Assembly: GCA_964016885.1 (NCBI GenBank)
Contig: CAXHJY010000880.1
Span: 1-64,000 of the forward strand
Length of the DNA stretch: 64,000 nt
Direction of reading: 5' to 3'
Source: Eledone cirrhosa
Taxonomy: Eukaryota
This document shows, piece by piece, positions 54,470 through 64,000 of the stretch. Within the stretch, counting starts at the first letter, position 1. Each line of letters opens with the position of its first letter. A program made the translations under genes and the position numbers. The notes under the pieces were generated by a model that was not told the DNA's origin, ran no database searches, and saw only the letters and a program-made list of their open reading frames with translations.

Positions 54470-55885
54470 TATATATATATCAGATAGGGTGTGGTAAAAA
54501 CCAGGTAGACGACAACCCACCAGAGTACTTGATACTTGGGGTAGTAGAGTGGGTAATAAGAGTTCAGATCTAGCTGTCAAAACGGCCGGAGCTCAGCAGT
54601 CAGGGTCCTGAATCTTTTCATTTATGTGTGTATATATATATACATGTGTGTGTGTGTACTTATAATTCAAAGGCTAGCCTTGTCATGCACTATGTCATGC
54701 TGAATCCCCCTGAGAATTACATAAAGAGTACACATGTCTATGGAATGCTCTTTAATGAGCAGGCTGTTCTGTTGATAGAACAATTAGAGCACTCATCATT
54801 ACCAGTGATGGAGATCCATTCTACTTTACTCTGCTCTTTTGATAACATAACACTTGAGACTGATAACAACAATTGATGATAAAAATTGCATGTTTGACCT
54901 TTTGCACCTGCAAATAACCTACATCATGGTGTGTATCTTGTACATGGACAGCTATGTGTGCAATGTCAGTGTGATAGAAAGGCAGAGCTTGGGTGTACTG
55001 AGGGAGAAACTGGGTCATTTACATTACTCTATATTTACTGTTATATTTTCATAAAGGCTTTATCTCACATAATATCTAATCTATGAGATTTTTATATTAT
55101 TTATTTTGAGAACAATACCTTAACATCAGTATGAGTGGCCAGCTATAGCTGGTTTGAACAGAAAGAGATGAGAGAATTCTGGCCTGATATGGCTGGTTTA
55201 AATGCTAAAGGGTTAAGAGTAATCTGAGGTGATGAGGTGCAAGTAAGAAGACTGTTGATATGGATATGTGATGTACATGGATGATGACTGATTGGTGCAG
55301 AAGTGGCAGGAAATCACTGTGGAAGGAAGCTGCAGTAGAGGTAGACCAAGGAAGACCTGGGCAGAGGTGGTGAGAGCTGACATCAAATTACCGAAACTCA
55401 GAGGAGAGGATGAAAAAACGCAGCATGTGGAGAGATGCTGTGTTGAAAAGGACCCATCTAATCCATGTTAGCGTGGAAAAACAGGTGTAATAACGATGAT
55501 AAAAGGTTCTTATCCTTATCAATTATCATCATCATTTAATGTCTGTCTTCCCTGCTAATATGCAGAGCTATTGCCCTCTCAGATGTGCTGAGGGACTGTG
55601 TCTTGTCTACTGCATATGTTCCTGCATTCTACCAAGTGCTCAAATGGGCCAGGTAACCCGTCTAACTCATGCAAGCACGGAAAAGTTAAACAGTGATGAT
55701 GATGATATATATATAAAAACAAAATTGGTTTTTTGCTCTAACATGGTGGATAACTAAATGTATTTGTGAGTAAATAATATTAATATTATTATAATATTAT
55801 TATTAAACCTATGTCACTATTTCTGTGTATGTGTTATGATTACTGTCGTAGCTGAATTATTTGGAATGAGGACTTTACTTTGTAG

Positions 55886-55997
55886 GAAAACTACATCCAG
55901 CAGTTGGTGTCAGCCATGAAGAAAGTCTACTATGATGTCCATGGTATTAACCCTTGTCTGGTGGCAGATGTGTTTAGGTTCATATTTAAAAAGTCAG
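55886..55997 (+). CDS. VCPIP1: VCPIP1 coding exon 4 (ENYIQQLVSAMKKVYYDVHGINPCLVADVFRFIFKKSG)
   Basis: tgtag acceptor and gtaagc donor, phase 0-1. Matches LV.AM..VF...HGI.P.LVADV. Confidence 0.93.
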
Positions 55998-56064
55998 GTA
56001 AGCAATCATCATCATTACCACCATCATTGTCAATATCATCACCATTTTCAGCTTTAGCTCCATA

Positions 56065-56995
56065 CACAGCAAATATATATTTAAATAGGACTACCCTTCG
56101 TTAGCTTCATATAGAGTAAATATATATTTCAGTAGAACTACCCTTCGTTAGCTTCATATACAGTAAATATATATTTCAGTAGAACTACCCTTTGTTAGCT
56201 TCATATACAGTAAATATATATTTCAGTAGAACTACCCTTTGTTAGCTTCATATACAGTAAATATATATTTCAGTAGAACTACCCTTCGTTAGCTTCATAT
56301 ACAGTAAATATATATTTCAGTAGAACTACCCTTCGTTAGCGTCATATACAGTAAATATATATTTCAGTAGAACTACCCTTCGTTAGCTTCATATACAGTA
56401 AATATATATTTCAGTAGAACTACCCTTCGTTAGCTTCATATACAGTAAATATATATTTCAGTAGAACTACCCTTCGTTAGCTTCATATACAGTAAATATA
56501 TATTTCAGTAGAACTACCCTTCGTTAGCTTCATATAGAGTAAATATATATTTCAGTAGAACTACCCTTTGTTAGCTTCATATACAGTAAATATATATTTC
56601 AGTAGAACTACCCTTCGTTAGCTTCATATACAGTAAATATATATTTCAGTAGAACTACCCTTCGTTAGCTTCATATAGAGTAAATATATATTTCAGTAGA
56701 ACTACCCTTTGTTAGCTTCATATACAGTAAATATATATTTCAGTAGAACTACCCTTCGTTAGCTTCATATACAGTAAATATATATTTCAGTAGAACTACC
56801 CTTCGTTAGCTTCATATACAGTAAATATATATTTCAGTAGAACTACCCTTCGTTAGCTTCATATAGAGTAAATATATATTTCAGTAGAACTACCCTTCGT
56901 TAGCTTCATATACAGTAAATATATATTTCAGTAGAACTACCCTTTATTAGCTTTGCACACCTTGCTGCATATACAGTAAATATATTTCCAGTTGA
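56065..56995. repeat. 47-bp minisatellite filling the VCPIP1 exon 4-5 intron
   Basis: Unit cagtaaatatatatttcagtagaactacccttcgttagcttcatata. Confidence 0.95.
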
Positions 56996-57005
56996 ACTCT
57001 TGTAG

Positions 57006-57200
57006 GTGTTATGAGTATCAAGCCTGAAACTGTGATCTACACGGCTAAGAAGCTAGTACGAGAGTGCCATCTCTATCGCTGTATCAACTGTGAAGCTTTG
57101 TGTGAATTTCAAACTCCAAAACGGTCTTTTGGTGATCTGAGTCATTCTTCTGACATGGATGCCAACAAACTGCAGTTCCAGGGCCCGGACGAAGGAAGAG
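57006..57200 (+). CDS. VCPIP1: VCPIP1 coding exon 5 (VMSIKPETVIYTAKKLVRECHLYRCINCEALCEF...PDEGR)
   Basis: tgtag acceptor and gtatgt donor, phase 1-1. Matches V.PE.V...AKK.V....L..C..C.AL.E. Confidence 0.9.
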
Positions 57201-57304
57201 GTATGTATTGGCATTTTTAATCTTTAACCCGCTCTAGGGGTCTTATGTCGCCAATAGAGTAATCTCCCTTTAATACACAATACACTGTCTTAGGGAAGTG
57301 ATTC

Positions 57305-60300
57305 ATATGTCTACACCTATGTTATAAACACCTTAACCACACAGCCATACCTACACCACACAGCCATGTCTACACCTATGTTGTGAAGTGAACACCTTAA
57401 CCACACAGCCATACCTACACCACACAGCCATGTCTACACCTATGTTGTGAAGTAAACACCTTAACAACACAGCCATGTCGACACCTATGTTGTGATGTAA
57501 ACACCTTAACAACACAGTCATACCTACACCACACAGCCATGTCTACACCTATGTTGTGATGTAAACACCTTAACAACACAGTCATACCTACACTACACAG
57601 CCATGTCTACACCTATGTTGTGATGTAAACACCTCAACAACACAGCCATGTCTACACCACACAGCCATGTCTACACCTATGTTGTGATGTAAACACCTTA
57701 ACAACACAGCCATGTCTACACCTATGTTGTGAAGTGAACACCTTAACCACACAGCCATACCTACACCACACAGCCATGTCTACACCTATGTTGTGATGTA
57801 AACACCTTAACAACACAGCCATGTCTACACCTATGTTGTGAAGTGAACACCTTAACCACACAGCCATACCTACACCACACAGCCATGTCTACACCTATGT
57901 TGTGAAGTGAACACCTTAACCACACAGCCATGTCTACACCTATGTTGTGAAGTGAACACCTTAACCACACTGTCATACCTACACCACACAGCCATGTCTA
58001 CACCTATGTTGTGAAGTGAACACCTTAACCACACAACCATGTCTACACCTATGTTGTGATGTAAACACCTTAACAACACAGTCATACCTACACCACACAG
58101 CCATGTCTACACCTATGTTGTGAAGTGAACACCTTAACCACACAGCCATACCTACACCACACAGCCATGTCTACACCTATGTTGTGAAGTGAACACCTTA
58201 ACCACACAGCCATACCTACACCACACAGCCATGTCTACACCTATGTTGTGATGTAAACACCTTAACCACACAGTCATACCTACACCACACAGCCATGTCT
58301 ACACCTATGTTGTGATGTAAACACCTTAACAACACAGCCATGTCTACACCACACAGCCATGTCTACACCTATGTTGTGAAGTGAACACCTTAACCACACA
58401 GCCATGTCTACACCTATGTTGTGATGTAAACACCTTAACCACACAGCCATGTCTACACCTATGTTGTGATGTAAACACCTTAACAACACAGTCATACCTA
58501 CACCACACAGCCATGTCTACACCTATGTTGTGATGTAAACACCTTAACAACACAGTCATACCTACACCACACAGCCATGTCTACACCTATGTTGTGATGT
58601 AAACACCTTAACCACACAGCCATACCTACACCACACAGCCATGTCTACACCTATGTTGTGATGTAAACACCTTAACAACACAGTCATACCTACACCACAC
58701 AGCCATGTCTACACCTATGTTGTGATGTAAGCACCTTAACAACACAGTCATACCTACACCACACAGCCATGTCTACACCTATGTTGTGATGTAAGCACCT
58801 TAACAACACAGTCATACCTACACCACACAGCCATGTCTACACCTATGTTGTGATGTAAACACCTTAACCACACAGCCATACCTACACCACACAGCCATGT
58901 CTACACCTATGTTGTGATGTAAACACCTTAACCACACAGCCATGTCTACACCTATGTTGTGATGTAAACACCTTAACCACACAGCCATACCTACACCACA
59001 CAGCCATGTCTACACCTATGTTGTGATGTAAACACCTTAACCACACAGCCATACCTACACCACACAGCCATGTCTACACCTATGTTGTGATGTAAACACC
59101 TCAACAACACAGTCATACCTACACCACACAGCCATGTCTACACCTATGTTGTGAAGTAAACACCTTAACCACACAGCCATACCTACACCACACAGCCATG
59201 TCTACACCTATGTTGTGATGTAAACACCTTAACCACACAGCCATACCTACACCACACAGCCATGTCTACACCTATGTTGTGATGTAAACACCTTAACCAC
59301 ACAGCCATACCTACACCACACAGCCATGTCTACACCTATGTTGTGATGTAAACACCTCAACAACACAGTCATACCTACACCACACAGCCATGTCTACACC
59401 TATGTTGTGAAGTAAACACCTTAACCACACAGCCATACCTACACCACACAGCCATGTCTACACCTATGTTGTGATGTAAACACCTTAACCACACAGCCAT
59501 ACCTACACCACACAGCCATGTCTACACCTATGTTGTGATGTAAACACCTTAACCACACAGTCATACCTACACCACACAGCCATGTCTACACCTATGTTGT
59601 GAAGTAAACACCTCAACAACACAGTCATACCTACACCACACAGCCATGTCTACACCTATGTTGTGATGTGAACACCTTAACCACACAGCCATGTCTACAC
59701 CACACAGCCATGTCTACACCTATGTTGTGATGTAAACACCTTAACAACACAGTCATACCTACACCACACAGCCATGTCTACACCTATGTTGTGATGTAAA
59801 CACCTTAACAACACAGTCATACCTACACCACACAGCCATGTCTACACCTATGTTGTGATGTAAACACCTTAACCACACAGCCATACCTACACCACACAGC
59901 CATGTCTACACCTATGTTGTGATGTAAACACCTTAACCACACAGCCATGTCTACACCTATGTTGTGATGTAAACACCTTAACCACACAGCCATACCTACA
60001 CCACACAGCCATGTCTACACCTATGTTGTGATGTAAACACCTTAACCACACAGCCATACCTACACCACACAGCCATGTCTACACCTATGTTGTGATGTAA
60101 ACACCTCAACAACACAGTCATACCTACACCACACAGCCATGTCTACACCTATGTTGTGAAGTAAACACCTTAACCACACAGCCATACCTACACCACACAG
60201 CCATGTCTACACCTATGTTGTGATGTAAACACCTTAACCACACAGCCATACCTACACCACACAGCCATGTCTACACCTATGTTGTGATGTAAACACCTTA

Positions 60301-61137
60301 ACCACACAGCCATACCTACACCACACAGCCATGTCTACACCTATGTTGTGATGTAAACACCTTAACCACACAGTCATACCTACACCACACAGCCATGTCT
60401 ACACCTATGTTGTGAAGTAAACACCTCAACAACACAGTCATACCTACACCACACAGCCATGTCTACACCTATGTTGTGATGTGAACACCTTAACCACACA
60501 GCCATACCTACACCACACAGCCATGTCTACACCTATGTTGTGATGTGAACACCTTAACCACACAGCCATGTCTACACCTATGTTGTGAAGTGAACACCTT
60601 AACCACACAGCCATACCTACACCACACAGCCATGTCTACACCTATGTTGTGATGTAAACCCCTTAACCACACAGCCATGTCTACACCTATGTTGTGAAGT
60701 AAACACCTTAACCACACAGCCATACCTACACCACACAGCCATGTCTACACCTATGTTGTGATGTAAACACCTTAACCACACAGCCATACCTACACCACAC
60801 AGCCATGTCTACACCTATGTTGTGATGTAAACACCTTAACCACACAGCCATGTCTACACCTATGTTGTGAAGTAAACACCTTAACCACACAGCCATACCT
60901 ACACCACACAGCCATGTCTACACCTATGTTGTGATGTAAACACCTTAACCACACAGCCATGTCTACACCTATGTTGTGAAGTGAACACCTTAACCACACA
61001 GCCATACCTACACCACACAGCCATGTCTACACCTATGTTGTGAAGTAAACACCTTAACCACACAGCCATACCTACACCACACAGCCATGTCTACACCTAT
61101 GTTGTGAAGTGAACACCTTAACCACACAGCCATACCT
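57305..61137. repeat. Composite 45+19-bp minisatellite (mostly 64-bp period) filling the VCPIP1 exon 5-6 intron
   Basis: Unit ctacaccacacagccatgtctacacctatgttgtgatgtaaacaccttaaccacacagccatac. Confidence 0.95.
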
Positions 61138-61180
61138 GCTAGGGGTTAGCTAATCAATATTTCAATAATATTTATTTCAG

Positions 61181-61286
61181 ATATCCAGCCTACACTAATC
61201 TGTTCATGTCCACATAATGTCCTCCAACACTACAACGCTACAAAAGATATTATCACCAGACAACTCTCTTGTTCACATTGTAAATC
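61181..61286 (+). CDS. VCPIP1: VCPIP1 coding exon 6 (DIQPTLICSCPHNVLQHYNATKDIITRQLSCSHCKS)
   Basis: tttcag acceptor and gtaagt donor; phase 1-2 fits both neighbouring exons. Ends in CxxC like ACNWCHG of vertebrate VCPIP1, otherwise diverged. Confidence 0.8.
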
Positions 61287-61465
61287 GTAAGTAAATATAT
61301 ATATGTTTTTATTCTCTCATTATCAAGCTGGTGTTTGGAGCATAACTTAACAAAGGTTCTTCCATAAAATTATAATGAAGTTTTTTTTTTAGATAAATAT
61401 AAACATTTTAAAAACAAGCAGAGATAGTTTTGTATGAAAAGGGTTTTAATTTTTTGTTGTTTCAG

Positions 61466-61603
61466 GAGACACGTTCGCTTGGTTGACAGTGATGGTTCTG
61501 TTCATTATCGGAATGGTGATCGTACAATCTCCAAGTCTGCTAGGAGCAAATGTGGCTACAGACATTTCTGGAATGGCAAGGAATATGACAATCTCCCTGA
61601 TAT
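61466..61603 (+). CDS. VCPIP1: VCPIP1 coding exon 7 (RHVRLVDSDGSVHYRNGDRTISKSARSKCGYRHFWNGKEYDNLPD)
   Basis: tttcag acceptor and gtaagt donor, phase 2-2. Matches VR.V..DGS..Y..GDRT..S....CG..HFW.GKEYDNLP. The gene continues past the window. Confidence 0.93.
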
Positions 61604-62008
61604 GTAAGTTACAAACGAGAATTCTTTGCTCTCTTCCTGCTGGAAACCACTCAGACATGACATTGGTTGGTGGTAGTGGTGGTAGTGGTGGTGGTAGGTG
61701 GTAGTGGTTATGGTGGTAGGTGGGTGGGTGGGGGTGTGGGGGTTAAGGGCTGCACATGGTTGACCAATTATTATCCAAACGGCCTTAATGAAGCAGAGTA
61801 TTGTGGTGATTTTTGTTGTTGTTTAGCCCTGGTCAGCTGGTTTTTGGAATATAATTTAATGCCCAGTTCACACTGAAAAGACCTTGTGTGGGTGTCATGA
61901 CAAAGAGTACCGACAGGGTGGGCAGAGTGCTTTTTGTCAAGGCACCGTTATTATCACTTTACAGGGTGGACTGGGTGCTTTTAAGGCATGTATGTATATG
62001 CGTAACTA

Positions 62009-63040
62009 TTAACCCTTTAGCATTTAAACCGTCCATATCTGACCAGAATCCTCTCACCTCTTTTTGTTCAAACCAGCTGTAAATGGCCACTCATACTGAT
62101 GTTAAAGTATTGGTCTCAAAATTAATAATATCAAAATCTCATAGATTCGATATTATGTGAGATATTATGTGAGGTAAAGCCTTTACTGTGAAAATACAAT
62201 AGTATATATAGAGTAATGTAAATGTTATGTGAGATATTATGTGAGGTAAAGCCTTTACTGTGAAAATACAATAGTATATATAGAGTAATGTAAATGTTAT
62301 GTGAGATATTATGTGAGGTAAAGCTTTTACTGTGAAAATATAATAGTATATATAGAGTAATGTAAATGTTATGTGAGATATTATGTGAGGTAAAGCCTTT
62401 ACTGTGAAAATACAATAGTATATATAGAGTAATGTAAATGTTATGTGAGATATTATGTGAGGTAAAGCCTTTACTGTGAAAATACAATAGTATATATAGA
62501 GTAATGTAAATGTTATGTGAGATATTATGTGAGGTAAAGCCTTTACTGTGAAAATACAATAGTATATATAGAGTAATGTAAATGTTATGTGAGATATTAT
62601 GTGAGGTAAAGCCTTTACTGTGAAAATACAATAGTATATATAGAGTAATGTAAATGTTATGAGATATTATGTGAGGTAAAGCCTTTACTGTGAAAATACA
62701 ATAGTATATATAGAGTAATGTAAATGTTTTGTGAGATAAAGCCTTTACTGTGAAAATACAATAGTATATATAGAGTAATGTAAATGTTATGTGAGATATT
62801 ATGTAAGGTAAAGCCTTTACTGTGAAAATACAATAGTATATATAGAGTAATGTAAATGTTATGTGAGGTAAAGCCTTTACTGTGAAAATACAATAGTATA
62901 TATAGAGTAATGTAAATGTTATGTGAGATATTATGTGAGGTAAAGCCTTTACTGTGAAAATACAATAGTATATATAGAGTAATGTAAATGTTATGTGAGA
63001 TAAAGCCTTTACTGTGAAAATACAATAGTATATATAGAGT
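62009..63040 (-). mobile_element. Second copy of the MITE-like element with expanded 72-bp unit, interrupted by a LINE
   Basis: ttaaccctttagcattt end; reverse complement of 9659-10956. Confidence 0.75.
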
Positions 63041-64000
63041 GGTTTCTTTATTTGCCACTAGGGCACAAAAGGTAGGGACAGATACAAAGGGGGGAAGTTT
63101 ACATATAATTAACGAGTACAAAAATATAACAATGAAATAACAACAACAAACGAAGTCCTCAATAGGGAGGGGGCATTAACATGGGTCGCACACACCCCGG
63201 AAAAAATGTGCAACCCTTCTCCTCAGGAGCACAAAGAGTAGGTGCTTCCCTCGTCTCCTCTTTTTCCTCTTCTTTCACCTACAGGCTGATATAGAGAGAA
63301 GACCCATTCACTCTGGCCATTCTCCCTACTTTCACCCACCTTTCATAAAACTTGCTGGGGTAGAGCACCTCTCTCTCCATTCTGATCCTTCTTTTAAAAT
63401 GGTATTTGAAAAAGGGGACCAGTTGTTGGCCGGAGAGAAAGTTGTCTGACCTCAGCCCTTTCAGCCTCGTCCACCATACAACTTCTTTAGCCATGGCTAC
63501 CACACAGAGAAAAACCGCCTCTCCTTCGTTTTTGAAAGGGGGAGGCGGTTTGATCGTGACAATGGACTCGGTGGTCAACCGGATTGGTCCCACCCTCGAC
63601 AGTAGTCGTTCCACATAGCCCCACAGGTCAGCAATGCCTGGGCAGTGTACGAATGCGTACGCAACGGTTTCGTCATCATGCACGCATCTCGGACAGATCT
63701 TATTCAAAGGATCTCTACCCAGGCTCCCATGCCTGTGGAGCTTGTCTCGAACGGGTAGAGCCCCTCGGTAGCACTGCCAAGCCAGGGACTTTTGGAAGTT
63801 GTCCATCGGTCCAGGGCCAAACGTCCTACCGAACAGACTGGCCAGTTCATCTTCCTCCATGCCTAGAGCTTCTCCGAGAGCATCGTTGCACCTGCTGCGT
63901 ACCAACCCTCTATAGAATGTCGACGTGGAGTCTCCACTGATTGCCGGGTCCGCTTTCCAGAGGGCCGTGAGCGCCTGGGCACATTCAATGTGCCAGTCGC
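63041..64000 (-). mobile_element. L1/Tx1-like LINE, 3' end (zf-RVT domain and 3' UTR)
   Basis: LAWQCYRGALPVRDKL...CPRCVHDDETVAYAFVHCP, stop at 63279, AATAAA near the 3' end at ~63050. The element runs off the window. Confidence 0.85.

Overview
Eukaryotic, very repeat-rich genomic DNA: (TA)n/(CAT)n microsatellites, RTE-type LINEs and tRNA-derived SINEs, a signature most like an octopod cephalopod (inference). Two spliced genes lie head-to-head. On the minus strand is protein phosphatase inhibitor-2 (PPP1R2/I-2; coding exon 1 at 39595-39671, exon 2 at 4279-4506, ~35 kb intron). On the plus strand is the OTU deubiquitinase VCPIP1/VCIP135 (seven coding exons, 43301-61603). Both continue beyond the window. 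Most ORFs in the supplied track are microsatellite artefacts. The most interesting signal is non-coding. A very young 310-bp tandem repeat at 189-1740 carries a complete minimal type I hammerhead ribozyme in every full unit (5 copies) and is arranged as two head-to-head arms, i.e. a candidate non-LTR retrozyme/circRNA array. Six further short families with complete or half hammerheads are scattered through the introns, mostly in (TA)n tracts and often as head-to-head palindromes. Four of them share an ACTCTAC...GTATTGAGTAC-type tail motif. All folds and alignments were read by eye; none was computed.
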